Assembly (NCBI GenBank): GCA_047601445.1
Contig: JASGJH010000001.1
Location: 2,944,001-3,008,000, forward strand
From: Myxococcales bacterium
Lineage (GTDB): Bacteria; Myxococcota_A; Polyangia; Polyangiales; DASUME01
DNA length: 64,000 nt
Reading direction: 5' to 3'
A program made the position numbers and the translations under genes. The notes below the pieces were generated by a model. It searched no databases. It was not told where the DNA came from and saw only the letters and a program-made list of their open reading frames with translations. Positions 1 through 9,617 of the stretch are shown piece by piece (the stretch's first letter is position 1; each line of letters opens with the position of its first letter).

Positions 1-128
1 ATTCCAGCCTTGAAGGCGCGACGCGCAGGGCGATCGACATCAAAGAAGGTGAGAAGGTCGACGCGGCCGCGTTCAAGGCGCTCGTGAAGGCCGCGGCGGC
101 CCACAATGCCTCGACCAAGAAGCGCTAG
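1..128 (+). CDS. 3' end of DUF1801 (YdhG-like) protein, truncated by window edge
   Basis: Frame 3 reads SSLEGATRRAIDIKEGEKVDAAAFKALVKAAAAHNASTKKR*, the typical C-terminus of one DUF1801 subfamily; stop TAG at 126-128. Confidence 0.75.
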   Translation, partial: SSLEGATRRAIDIKEGEKVDAAAFKALVKAAAAHNASTKKR

Positions 129-720
129 CGCGGCGCCCGCGAAGGCGCGCAGCAAGACCAAGGCACCGGCCAAGGCCAAAACCAAGGCACCGGCCAAGGC
201 CAAAACCAAGGCACCGGCCAAGGCCAAGACAACTGCCAAGGCCAAAACACGCGCAGACGTCGGCAGCAAGTCCACGCGGCGTTCCGACGTCGGTCAGCCC
301 GAGCGGGGTCGCGCGCCTCGCGTGGTGCTGCTCACGGGCGGCAACCCACAAATCGCCAAGGCCGAGGGTGACGCGCCCGTGCAGGCCTACATCGCGGGCA
401 TGCCCGGTTGGAAGCGCCAGCTCGGCGAACGCCTCGACGCGCTCATCGTGCGCAGCGTGCCTCACGTGAAGAAGGCCGTGAAGTGGAACTCGCCGCTCTA
501 CGGCATCGAAGGCCAGGGCTGGTTCCTGGGGATCCATTCGTTCACGCGCTACGTCAAGCTGGCCTTCTTCCGTGGAGCTTCGCTGCGCCCGCTGCCGCCC
601 GAGGCCAGCAAAGATGCCCACACCCGCTACGTGAACATCCACGAACACGACGAGCTCGATGAGGCGCAGCTCGCGCGCTGGGTGAAGCAGGCTGCGGAGT
701 TGCCTGGTTGGGTGCCCTAG
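106..720 (+). CDS. DUF1801 domain protein with N-terminal Lys/Ala-rich (histone H1-like) repeats
   Basis: LLTGGNPQIAKAEGDAPVQAYIAGMPGWK...KAVKWNSPLYG...FTRYVKLAFFRG; N-terminal (TKAPAKAK)x3. Confidence 0.85.
   Translation: MPRPRSASAAPAKARSKTKAPAKAKTKAPAKAKTKAPAKAKTTAKAKTRADVGSKSTRRSDVGQPERGRAPRVVLLTGGNPQIAKAEGDAPVQAYIAGMPGWKRQLGERLDALIVRSVPHVKKAVKWNSPLYGIEGQGWFLGIHSFTRYVKLAFFRGASLRPLPPEASKDAHTRYVNIHEHDELDEAQLARWVKQAAELPGWVP
157..228 (+). repeat. 24-bp tandem repeat x3 (ACCAAGGCACCGGCCAAGGCCAAA), in-frame
   Basis: Copies at 157-180, 181-204 and 205-228; the last differs only at its final base. Confidence 0.9.
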
Positions 721-800
721 CAGAGCGCTGACGAAGTCCGCCCTCTGCTCCCGTGCAGCCGTGCACAGCAAGGCGCGCCCGTGCCCGCACAGCCCCGGCC

Positions 801-1592
801 CTAGTCGTCGAGGTTGCCCATCGTCAGGTTCACGGTGGTGCCCGTCATCCCGCTGGCCTTGTCGGAGGCCATGAAGGCGGCCGTATTGGCCAGCTCCTCG
901 AGCCGCATCACGCGCCGTGGGTGCGTCATGCCGGCGAGGTAGGCCTGGAACTGCTCCCAAGTCATGCCCATGCGCGACGCCTTGAGCTCGAAGATCTCCT
1001 TCATGGTGCTGGTCTCGGGCATGCCGTGTGGTCGCAGCCCCACGACCCGGATGCCGTGCGGTGCGAGTTCGGCCGAGAGATCCCGCGTGAGCGCCTCCTT
1101 GGCCGCGTGGGCTGGACCGTAGCCTCCGTTCAAGCGCGACCCCATGCGCGCAGGGAGTGCGGTGACGCTCATGATCACGCCGGCCTTGCGCGGAAGCATG
1201 TGTCTGGCCGCGAGGCGCGCCGTGAGGAAGTAAGCGCGCGTGTAGCTCGCGATGGGGAGCGAGAACTGGTCGGCGCTGAGCTCGAGGAGCGGCACACCCA
1301 CCACCTTGGCGTCGGGGATACCGATCGCCTCGAAGGCGATATCGATGCGGCCCGACTGAGCGATCACCGACCCGAGGTGGGCGTCCACGGCCTGCTCGTC
1401 GAGCGCGTCCACCTCGAACGCCTGGGCCGAGCCGCCCGCCGACACAATCGACTTGGCCAGCGCAGCCACGGGCCCGAGCTTGCGCCCCGTAAGAAAGAGC
1501 TCGGCTCCCTCGGCCGCGAACGCCCGTGCGACCGCCCCCCCGATGGCGCCCCCTGCTCCGTAAATCACCGCGACTTTGTTCCTCAAAATCAT
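801..1592 (-). CDS. SDR family NAD(P)-dependent oxidoreductase
   Basis: MILRNKVAVIYGAGGAIGGAVARAF Rossmann motif; YGPAHAAK; ASGMTGTTVNL; GGAGG RBS upstream. Confidence 0.9.
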   Translation of the reverse strand: MILRNKVAVIYGAGGAIGGAVARAFAAEGAELFLTGRKLGPVAALAKSIVSAGGSAQAFEVDALDEQAVDAHLGSVIAQSGRIDIAFEAIGIPDAKVVGVPLLELSADQFSLPIASYTRAYFLTARLAARHMLPRKAGVIMSVTALPARMGSRLNGGYGPAHAAKEALTRDLSAELAPHGIRVVGLRPHGMPETSTMKEIFELKASRMGMTWEQFQAYLAGMTHPRRVMRLEELANTAAFMASDKASGMTGTTVNLTMGNLDD

Positions 1593-1700
1593 ACGAACCT
1601 CCCGGCGTTCCAGCGCCTCGGAGGTGCAGACACCGTGGGCTCCGAAAATTGGGCGCAGGGGGAGCGCCCATTTCGGACCTCGCTCGGTGTCCAAGCTGGA

Positions 1701-2753
1701 ATGGACATGCGACAAACACTGGGAGGAGCGAGCGTGGAGCCCCTGGAACCCAACCTCATCGCGAGAGCCCGAGCCGGAGACGGGGAGGCATTTCGGACCC
1801 TGACCGAGCCCCACCGCCGCGAGCTGCAGGTGCACTGCTATCGAATGCTGGGGTCGTTTCAGGACGCGGAAGAAGCGCTTCAGGAGACCCTGTTGGCTGC
1901 CTGGCAAGGGCTGGCGGGCTTCGAGGGACGCGCCTCGATCCGCAGCTGGCTGTACCGAATTGCCACCCATCGCTGCCTCAACGCACGGCGCGCAGCCAGC
2001 CGCAGGCCGGCCAAGGCCTGGAACATTCCCGGGGTGGAGCCACCCGAGCCCACCCGGCTCGGCGAGGTCGTCTGGCTCGAGCCCTACCCCGACAGCCTCC
2101 TGCCCGGTGTAGTCGGACTGCCGCTCGGTCCCGAGGCTCGCTACGAGCAACGAGAGGCCATTTCGCTGGCCTTCGTGACCGCACTGCAGCTACTGCCGCC
2201 GCGCCAAGCCGCCGTGTTGATTCTGCGCGAAGTGGTCGGCTTTCAGGCCGAGGAGGTGGCCGAGATGCTCGAGACCAGCCTGGATTCGGTGAATAGCGCC
2301 CTCAAACGGGCGCGCGCCGGCCTGGGGCCGGACGCCCCGCGCAAGGGAGCTCGTGCCACCACTCCGGCCTCCGAGGCGGCCTTGGTGGCCCAATTCGTGA
2401 GCGCCTACGAGGCGGCGGATCTCGACGGATTGGTGGCCCTGCTGACCGATGACGTTTTCATGTCGATGCCTCCGATGCCGCTCGAGTATCAAGGTCGCGA
2501 GCTGGTGGCTCGCTTCCTGGCCGGCCTCTTCGGGGCAGGCCGCAGGTTCGACCTGGTGCCCACCCACGCCAACGGCCAGCCGGCCTTTGGGGCCTACCTA
2601 CGCACCCCCCACGGTATTCGCCACGGCACGGGCCTGATCACCATCAGCCTCACCGACGACCGGATCTGCGCCATGACCCGCTTCGAGAACAGCGCACTTC
2701 CGTGGTTCGGGCTCCCGCGCGCGCTTCCGGGCCCGCCTTCGCATGAGCACTAG
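1701..2753 (+). CDS. ECF sigma-70 factor with C-terminal SnoaL-like domain (SigG-type)
   Basis: HRRELQVHCYRMLGSFQDAEEALQETLLAAW, WLYRIATHRCL, WLEPYPD, LPPRQAAVLILREV, MSMPP, ANGQPAFGAY; start may be 1707 or 1734. Confidence 0.9.
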   Translation: MDMRQTLGGASVEPLEPNLIARARAGDGEAFRTLTEPHRRELQVHCYRMLGSFQDAEEALQETLLAAWQGLAGFEGRASIRSWLYRIATHRCLNARRAASRRPAKAWNIPGVEPPEPTRLGEVVWLEPYPDSLLPGVVGLPLGPEARYEQREAISLAFVTALQLLPPRQAAVLILREVVGFQAEEVAEMLETSLDSVNSALKRARAGLGPDAPRKGARATTPASEAALVAQFVSAYEAADLDGLVALLTDDVFMSMPPMPLEYQGRELVARFLAGLFGAGRRFDLVPTHANGQPAFGAYLRTPHGIRHGTGLITISLTDDRICAMTRFENSALPWFGLPRALPGPPSHEH

Positions 2754-2851
2754 CGTGCCCCGACCCGTGGTGTCACATGGGAGAGCAGCGCCCGCGGACT
2801 CACTCGTTGGGTCGAGGTGGCGCCGGACATCATGCATCGCGGAGGCGGGTC

Positions 2852-3508
2852 GTGGATTTGAGGAAGGGCTTTTACGCTCAAGTGTTCGAGAACAACCGCC
2901 AGTGGATCACGAAGAAGCTGGCGATCGATCCGGCTTACTTCGAGCACCTCGCCCAGGGGCAGAGCCCGGCCATTCTGTACATCGGCTGCTCCGATAGCCG
3001 AATTACGGCCGAGGACATGATGGGCGCGGATCCCGGCGACGTGTTCGTCCACCGCAACATCGCCAACATCGTGGGCGTTAGCGACCTGAGCGCCCTGTCC
3101 GTGATCGAATATGCGATCACGCACCTGAAGGTGCAGCACGTGGTGGTATGCGGACACTACGAGTGCGGCGGCGTGAGGGCCGCCATGCAACCGCAGGACC
3201 TCGGCATCCTGAACCCCTGGTTGCGCAACATCCGCGACGTCTTTCGCCTGCATATGGAGGAGCTCCAGGCCATCCCGGACGAGGCCGCGCGATACCGCAG
3301 GTTGGTCGAGCTGAACGTCGAGGAGCAGTGCGTGAACGTGATCAAGACCGCTGCGTTCCAGCGCTCCTACCTGGCCAACAACCTCCCCACCGTGCATGGC
3401 TGGGTCTTCGACGTCCACTCGGGTCGCTTGATCGATCAGCGCATCGACTTCGCTCGCAAGCTGTCGGGCATTCGCGCGGTGTACGACCTGGGACACTCCA
3501 CACCCTGA
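2852..3508 (+). CDS. can: Beta-class carbonic anhydrase
   Basis: Zn ligands IGCSDSR and CGHYECGG; FVHRNIAN; VHGWVFD; GTG start with GGAGG at 2841. Confidence 0.9.
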   Translation: MDLRKGFYAQVFENNRQWITKKLAIDPAYFEHLAQGQSPAILYIGCSDSRITAEDMMGADPGDVFVHRNIANIVGVSDLSALSVIEYAITHLKVQHVVVCGHYECGGVRAAMQPQDLGILNPWLRNIRDVFRLHMEELQAIPDEAARYRRLVELNVEEQCVNVIKTAAFQRSYLANNLPTVHGWVFDVHSGRLIDQRIDFARKLSGIRAVYDLGHSTP

Positions 3509-3565
3509 GCCCGCACGGCATGGCTCACCCTTGACCGGCCTGGCCGTCAACGGCAGATGGCAGCC

Positions 3566-5323
3566 ATGCATCCGTCACGCAACAGAATGCCCGAGGCACT
3601 CTGCCTGCTCGCCGTCCTGGCGGGCTGCGCCCTGGAGTGGGGGGATCGGGACAAGCAACGTGGCGACCTGGACGCCGGGCACGACGCCGCCGTCGAACCC
3701 AGCCCCAGCAGCGACGCCGCAGCGCCGGATGCCCAGGTCAGTCGCGACGCTGCCCCCGACACGGGGCCGAACGATGGACCCGAAGCGGGCCCCCCTTCGC
3801 CGTCCGACCTTTGTTTCAGCGATCCGGCCTGCGGCAGCATGCTCTGGCGGGCCGACTTCGAGGGAAAGCCCGAGAACACGGTGCTCAACACGAGCACCGA
3901 CACCAGCTCGGCCAGCGCGGACGCTTTCCTTGGGTGGCGCGATGACTCGCTGCGACTCACGGTGACCAAGCGCCAGCCCTCCGTGCTCCTCTCGTCCGGG
4001 CAAGCATTGCTTGCGAAAGGAATACCGGGGGCCCCCAAAGCCGCTCCCGATCTCGAGATCGGCCGCTTCGATAGCCCCATGATCGGCGAGGGGAACGGGG
4101 CAGATGTGCTGCTCGTCGGATTCGACGCCCAGTTCGACGCGAAGCTCGGTGCGGTTCCCAAGGCGAGCGTGGTGTTTCGCACGAACAACGGGAGCAGCGA
4201 GGTCAAGCTCGCGGATCTGGTGTTGCCGCAACGCGAGCCGGTGCGGATCACCATCGTGCTGAATCGTTCGCACCACGACGTCGTACTGCCCGACTTCGAC
4301 GCCGACGGCCAGCTCGACGCGGACCGCGAGGTCCTGGCACCGGATCATGCGCTGGCGTTCTTCCGTGATCTCACCGGTGCCTACGCCATCTTGAAGGCGG
4401 GCGCCGACGCAGCCGATGCCATCGCCGTACCTGCCGCGGCCTACTCGGGACTGAGCTGGCAGTTCGAGCACGACGGCGAGTCGAACTGGGCCATCTACGA
4501 TCGCTTCGTGGCGGTGAACCACCCTGCCTTTGCGCTGGATGGAGAGAAGGTCATGGAGCTCGGGCCGCGGCTCGCGCCACTGTGGCAGGCCAACTGGGAC
4601 ACCTACGCCCTCGGCACCGAGCTCACCGTGGCCAATCACGCGAAGTCCGCGGTCGACGAGTGCTTCGAGGGCTGGCGCAGCGATTCCATGCGCTTCACCG
4701 TGGTGGCGCCGCCCCAGGGAAGCGGCTTCGTGTCGGCGCAGGTACTCAAGGCCGAGGGGCTCGCAGGCTCGCCCAAGGGGAACAACCCCGAGTTCGTGGT
4801 GGGTCGTTTCTTACCGCCCGCGTGTGGTCAGGGCTCGGGACGAGACGTGTTGATCCTCGGCTTCGACGGGCGCTTTACGTCCGCCACGGCCCAGGTCGTG
4901 CGCACGAGCGTCGTGGCGCGCTCCGACCAGGCGGTCGTGAGCAACACCACGCTGCCGACCTTGACCCTCCCGGCCGACGAGCTCCTGCACGTGACGCTGG
5001 CCCTGAACTGCTCGGACTCACCGCTCGCCCTGCCCGACTTCAACGCCAACCAGCTGAACGACCAAGACACGGAGGTCCTGCCGCCCAATCACCTGACCGC
5101 CTTCGTGCGCAAGGTCGCAGGCGAGTACCAGGTGCTCAAGAAGTTCGGCAACGATCCCACCTCCGTCGCGGTCGACGACTTGCCGTACCACGGCTTCTGG
5201 TGGCAGTTCACACACAACAGCGGCGACAGCACGGCGTACTACGACCGCTTCTTCACGGTGAACGATCCTCGCTTCCGCGTCGCAGGTGTGCCGGTGATGG
5301 AGCTCAAACCCGACGCACGCTGA
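3566..5323 (+). CDS. Lipoprotein of unknown function with two tandem ~245-aa homologous domains
   Basis: Lipobox LAVLAGC; DAG-rich linker; internal duplication visible by eye; start could be 3557, 3566 or 3587. Confidence 0.8.
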   Translation: MHPSRNRMPEALCLLAVLAGCALEWGDRDKQRGDLDAGHDAAVEPSPSSDAAAPDAQVSRDAAPDTGPNDGPEAGPPSPSDLCFSDPACGSMLWRADFEGKPENTVLNTSTDTSSASADAFLGWRDDSLRLTVTKRQPSVLLSSGQALLAKGIPGAPKAAPDLEIGRFDSPMIGEGNGADVLLVGFDAQFDAKLGAVPKASVVFRTNNGSSEVKLADLVLPQREPVRITIVLNRSHHDVVLPDFDADGQLDADREVLAPDHALAFFRDLTGAYAILKAGADAADAIAVPAAAYSGLSWQFEHDGESNWAIYDRFVAVNHPAFALDGEKVMELGPRLAPLWQANWDTYALGTELTVANHAKSAVDECFEGWRSDSMRFTVVAPPQGSGFVSAQVLKAEGLAGSPKGNNPEFVVGRFLPPACGQGSGRDVLILGFDGRFTSATAQVVRTSVVARSDQAVVSNTTLPTLTLPADELLHVTLALNCSDSPLALPDFNANQLNDQDTEVLPPNHLTAFVRKVAGEYQVLKKFGNDPTSVAVDDLPYHGFWWQFTHNSGDSTAYYDRFFTVNDPRFRVAGVPVMELKPDAR

Positions 5324-5335
5324 GCGCCGGGCATC

Positions 5336-6466
5336 CTACGCGCGCGAACGCGCCCTACGATGTCGGATTAAGCCCAGGGCGAACACCAGTCCGGCCCACG
5401 CGGATGCACGCCAACCCGCCGCGACTGGAGCTGACACGGAGCACCCCGCGGAGGTCTTGGAAGGGCTCCGAACGGTCCCGGCGTCCGCGTCCCCGCGTGC
5501 CGAGAGTGGCGTGTCCGATGCTGGTTCAATGGGCGCATCATCCTCGGCATTGGGCACAGCCGCGTCGCAGCTCAAATTGACGACGACCTCGTCGCTGACC
5601 AGCTGGACGGCTGTGCCGGGAATCGAGGCCACGAGCTGAACGCGGTGATTGCCCGCTGTGAGTGCGGACGGTTCCTCCCTGTCGAGAGCGCACGAAACGA
5701 AGAGGCGGTCGACGCCACGCCCAATCCATGAACCACCAGGCCTGAAGCCCCCCACCTTGGAGACCCGCGGCCGATAGGGTTTGCCGTCGACGACGGTGCC
5801 GAACTCGAGCGCGCCATACCAGGCCGACCGTTCCGCCAAGTGAATGTCCACGGTGACCGCCTCGATGCGGTTCGAGCATTCTCCCACGTTCTCTTGATCG
5901 GGGACCTCGATCTCGCGCCGCACCGCGGAGGTGGCCTGCAACTGCCCCAAGCTGTCGGGCATCGGGGCTGCATCAGTCACTTCGAAGTAGCCGAGCGCCG
6001 CGGGCAAATAGCCTGAGCCCCCAACTTGCTCGGCAGCGATCTGCTGCTGCTGCCGGTCGAGTGGGGGTTGCTCCGGAAAGGACTCGCTCCACACGCCTGC
6101 ATCCGACTCGTCCTTGCACTGGAGGGACCAAACCGCGTAGCGCGCGCCCACCTCGAGCGGGGCACTGGGGAGGATCTCGTAGTGGTCGTCGCGCGCCACC
6201 AGCTCGAACTCCACGTCGGTGTTCACACCATCGACGATGCGCACGAAGCGCACGTCATCGTGGGTCACGGTGGCCGGTGCGCCCAGGAGGGAACCAGGCC
6301 ACCACAGGACGGCGGGCAGGTTGGCAGGCACGCTGCCGATGTTCGGAAAGAAGTCAGCCGGAGCACAGGGAGAGCCGCCGCAGGCATGAGCCTTCGCGGG
6401 CAGAGCGCCCAATACCACGCTGAAGGCGCTCAGGCTGAACAGGATTGCGTGGTTACGTTGTGCCAA
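5336..6466 (-). CDS. Secreted protein with MYXO-CTERM-like C-terminal sorting signal
   Basis: Signal peptide ending PAKAHA|C; C-terminal SAGCSV-hydrophobic-RHRRAR; TTG start with GAGAGG RBS. Confidence 0.75.
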   Translation of the reverse strand: MAQRNHAILFSLSAFSVVLGALPAKAHACGGSPCAPADFFPNIGSVPANLPAVLWWPGSLLGAPATVTHDDVRFVRIVDGVNTDVEFELVARDDHYEILPSAPLEVGARYAVWSLQCKDESDAGVWSESFPEQPPLDRQQQQIAAEQVGGSGYLPAALGYFEVTDAAPMPDSLGQLQATSAVRREIEVPDQENVGECSNRIEAVTVDIHLAERSAWYGALEFGTVVDGKPYRPRVSKVGGFRPGGSWIGRGVDRLFVSCALDREEPSALTAGNHRVQLVASIPGTAVQLVSDEVVVNLSCDAAVPNAEDDAPIEPASDTPLSARGDADAGTVRSPSKTSAGCSVSAPVAAGWRASAWAGLVFALGLIRHRRARSRA

Positions 6467-6614
6467 GGTGTGCCTCTCGTTGGGTCTTTCGCGGCCCAGC
6501 CACCGCGTCGAGTGCAGTGCTTGTGCCAACCCACCTTGCGATGAGGATCGATCACCCAACAGCGCGCGCGCGCAAGAGCTGCTGCGGTCCGGGTCAAGCT
6601 TGGCGCCGACTCGA

Positions 6615-7925
6615 CTAGGGCTCGCGAGCCACACGCGCGCGCCGACTGCTGCGCGCGCAGAGCGCCAACGCGATGAGCAGCCCATGCATGGCGGCGCTGC
6701 AACCTGAGCTGTGAGGTCCGACGGCACAGCCACCGGAAGAACCTCGAGGATGGAGCTCGGAGCTCTCCCCTGCATCGCTAGCGGAAACCATGGTGGGGCT
6801 CTCGACGGGTCGCATGAGCACGTCGCGCTGCCACTCCGCCCACGCGCCCGCGCAAGTGCGCGCTACGTCGAGCCCCGGGCATGAAACGAGCTGATCGACC
6901 TCGGCCAGCGTCACCACGCCGTGCAAGTCCGACGCACCGTCTTCCAACAGCTGCAGCACCGGTTCTTGCGGCGTGCCCGGGTTGCACGTCCACAGCGCCG
7001 AGCCGCCGGGAGCGAGACACGCTACATCCGCCTCCGATGCGAGATTGGAAAAGGTCTCGCCGCCGTCCAGCGAGCGATACACGCCGCCAATTTCGTCGCC
7101 AACCCAGATGGTCCGCTGCGGATCGACGGCAAAGCCCCCGAAGTAGTTCACGCGCAACATCGTGAGCCACGGCCCGGTGGCGGCCTCGGCGCGCAGGATG
7201 GCGAAGCCGCGATTGCCCAGGCTCTGCGCGTCGCGCGCGATGGCCCAGAGCCTGCTCGAGCCCCCGTCTTCGGCGTGGAGCAACGTCAGCGCGCCCTCCT
7301 GCGAGAAGGTCTGCAGCGAGGCGCCGCCGTCCTCCGATGCGTAGACCACGTCTGCGCTGCTCAGGTAGAGCTGATCAGGGCGATCCGAGCGCATCACCAG
7401 CGCCGTGAAGGCACTGCTGCCCACGAGCTCAGAACGCCACGTCCAGTGTCGGCCGCCATCGTCGCTACGCCACAACGCAGGTGCCTCCCCGCCAGTGAGC
7501 GCGTAACCGACCTGCATGCCCGCGCCTTCTGCGACCGACTGCAGCGCGAGCAGACGCACTGGGACATGGCGGAGCTCGTTGTCGTCACTCTCGAGCGGGC
7601 AGCCCTGGGGACTGACCGTAAGCAGACCGTCCTGTGTGCCGACCAACAGGGAACCATCCGCGGCGAAAGCGAGCGACGGCGGATCGCCGTTCGGCACGAG
7701 CTCCAATAGGGCGCTGCACGCGTAGACGAAAGGTTGATTGGCGCGCGCTCGCAGCAACAGTCCGAAGCCCGGCAGATCCAGCGCGATGGCCGCGGCATCG
7801 GGCGTGACCAGAACCTGACGCGGCAGCGGTGCATGGGCGCGCGCCGGTGAAGCCGTCGTCGACCAAGCCATGGCAAGGACGGCCCAGACGACGCGCCGAC
7901 CCGCGGTTCCGACGGCTCGAGACAT
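6615..7925 (-). CDS. Secreted BNR/Asp-box beta-propeller protein with MYXO-CTERM-like tail
   Basis: Signal peptide PARAH; Asp-boxes WRSDDGGRHW, YASEDGGASL, YRSLDGGETF; C-terminal SSGGCAV...LLIALAL..RSSRR. Confidence 0.8.
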   Translation of the reverse strand: MSRAVGTAGRRVVWAVLAMAWSTTASPARAHAPLPRQVLVTPDAAAIALDLPGFGLLLRARANQPFVYACSALLELVPNGDPPSLAFAADGSLLVGTQDGLLTVSPQGCPLESDDNELRHVPVRLLALQSVAEGAGMQVGYALTGGEAPALWRSDDGGRHWTWRSELVGSSAFTALVMRSDRPDQLYLSSADVVYASEDGGASLQTFSQEGALTLLHAEDGGSSRLWAIARDAQSLGNRGFAILRAEAATGPWLTMLRVNYFGGFAVDPQRTIWVGDEIGGVYRSLDGGETFSNLASEADVACLAPGGSALWTCNPGTPQEPVLQLLEDGASDLHGVVTLAEVDQLVSCPGLDVARTCAGAWAEWQRDVLMRPVESPTMVSASDAGESSELHPRGSSGGCAVGPHSSGCSAAMHGLLIALALCARSSRRARVAREP

Positions 7926-7931
7926 CCTGGC

Positions 7932-8909
7932 CTACAGGCCGCTCGGCCCCGCGCTGGCGTTGGCCGCGGAGGCAGGGCTCGCGTCCTTGGTGCCGATCCG
8001 ATTGCAGCTGGCATCGAGGAGCAGCGTGCCCCCCTCGAAGAAGTTGTTCTGCAGCATGGGGACGTTGGCCGCCGTGGCGCCGCTGCACAGCCCGATATCG
8101 GTGGAGTTCCGGATGAACACGCTGCCTTCCACGATGGGTTTCATGGTGAAGGCCATGATGCCGTAGGCGAGATCGGTGAAGACCGTGTTCGAGATGCGCG
8201 GCGAGGTGTTGATGCCCCCGCTCATGTGGAAGCCACAGTGCGACTTCTCGATGTACAGATGATCGAAGGTGGGTGAGGACTGCCCGCCGACGCGGATCAT
8301 GTCGTTCAGTCCGCCGCTCCCCTCGAAGCGACAATCGGTGACCGTGGGCGACGCATTGATGATGGTCATGCAGCCGTTGGGGTCATCCACGGAGACCTCC
8401 TCGGTGACGGCCGGAAACAAGGGGACCGCACGGAACGTGCTGTGCGACACGCTGCCGTCGGACTCGAGCACCGCGGCCTTGAAGCTGGTGTCGAACACCA
8501 CGTGATCCACATTGAACGCCGAGCCGGGCATGGCGAACATGCCGTATTTGGCCCCACTCACCTGGGCGTGCTGCAGCGTGAGGTTGCCGCCACCCTCGAC
8601 CACGATGCCGTGCCATGACTCCGATTCGCCCGTGCCCTCGAAGATCGACGGAGCGGCTTCGGAGCCCTCCACAATCAGCGTCCCCAGCACGTCCACCTTC
8701 ACCTCGGCAGACTTGGCGGTGAACGTGACGCCGGGCCCAACATGGACCGTCTGGCCCGCCGGGATCACCAGGTCCTCGCTCAGCTCCACGGTCTCCATCG
8801 CGTATTCGGAGCGCGCCACCGCGCCCTGCTCCGGCGCAGCCGGGTCGTCCCCACCGTCGCCGCAGGCTGCGAGCAGCCCGAGCACCACCGACATTCTCTT
8901 CATGGACAT
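7932..8909 (-). CDS. Lipoprotein with right-handed parallel beta-helix repeats
   Basis: Lipobox LLAAC; LVIPAGQTVHVGPGVTF, GTLIVEGSEAAPSIF, WHGI, and repeated SPT/SPR beta-helix turns. Confidence 0.75.
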   Translation of the reverse strand: MSMKRMSVVLGLLAACGDGGDDPAAPEQGAVARSEYAMETVELSEDLVIPAGQTVHVGPGVTFTAKSAEVKVDVLGTLIVEGSEAAPSIFEGTGESESWHGIVVEGGGNLTLQHAQVSGAKYGMFAMPGSAFNVDHVVFDTSFKAAVLESDGSVSHSTFRAVPLFPAVTEEVSVDDPNGCMTIINASPTVTDCRFEGSGGLNDMIRVGGQSSPTFDHLYIEKSHCGFHMSGGINTSPRISNTVFTDLAYGIMAFTMKPIVEGSVFIRNSTDIGLCSGATAANVPMLQNNFFEGGTLLLDASCNRIGTKDASPASAANASAGPSGL

Positions 8910-8926
8910 GTGCTCACTCCAGTTCG

Positions 8927-9021
8927 CTACGAGGCAACCCGAGCCCGGGTCCACGCCCCCAACCCGCCAGGCAGGCGCGAAGGAGCCGCCCTACATACGC
9001 CGCTCGCGCGCCAATCGATCA
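8927..9021 (-). promoter_or_regulatory. Two tandem putative ECF-type promoters upstream of the secreted-protein cluster
   Basis: Minus strand TGATCG-N16-CGTATG (9021-8994) and TGGACC-N16-CGTAG (8953-8927). Confidence 0.45.
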
Positions 9022-9080
9022 CGGCTAGTGCGAGGCTGCAGGTGATTTTTGGTGCCCTCGCCTGCCCTCCGCGCTGGGCT

Positions 9081-9617
9081 CTAGCCTCCAAAACGCAGCC
9101 CGAACACGACCAGGCACGGATGCGCCGCGCCGGCGCTCACCTCGTGTTCAGTTCCGCGAGAAAGTTCCAACAAGGTCCCGCTGCCGTAAGGGCCCTTGCC
9201 GTTCTCGAGCAACTCCCCGTCGAGCACGTACGTGAGCTCGCGAGCGTGATGGCGATGGTGTGGGATGTGAAAGCCCGCCGGCAACTCGGCGATCATGGTG
9301 TGGGCGGCCGCCAACTCGTCGGTCACCAGCTGGCGCGATCCGGGCCAGAATCCCGGTCGCCAGGCGTCTGCTCGGCAGATCCTGCGCAGGGCCTCCGTGA
9401 CGTCGGGCAGTGCGAGCTCGAAGCGCTCCGCCACCCGGCGCGCATGCGGTGTGAAGCGCTCGGCGCCGTGGAGTTTGTCGAGCAGCGCACTGCGCACGGC
9501 GAGCGAAGGCGCGACGGGATCGAGGGCTTCGGCCAGCAGAGACAGACGCCCAAGCGTCTCATCTGCAGAGAGCTCGTGACCTTCGGTCTCGGGGCTGTCT
9601 GCGTCGTCACGACTCAT
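9081..9617 (-). CDS. Cupin-domain (ChrR-like) putative anti-sigma factor
   Basis: PVAPSLAVRSALL helix, then cupin motif IPHHRH..ELTYVLDG...GTEHEV; 4-bp overlap with the upstream sigma gene. Confidence 0.8.
   Translation of the reverse strand: MSRDDADSPETEGHELSADETLGRLSLLAEALDPVAPSLAVRSALLDKLHGAERFTPHARRVAERFELALPDVTEALRRICRADAWRPGFWPGSRQLVTDELAAAHTMIAELPAGFHIPHHRHHARELTYVLDGELLENGKGPYGSGTLLELSRGTEHEVSAGAAHPCLVVFGLRFGG

Noticed and set aside
73..1719. 548-aa minus-strand ORF and many other long Arg/Ala/Gly-rich ORFs (e.g. 28601-30340, 45517-47589, 50347-52293, 60389-61789)
   Set aside because: Shadow or antisense frames of well-supported genes; expected in high-GC DNA; no motifs
2771..2800. 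TGTCACA resembling the ECF41 -35 element upstream of carbonic anhydrase
   Set aside because: No CGTC at the expected 16-nt spacing
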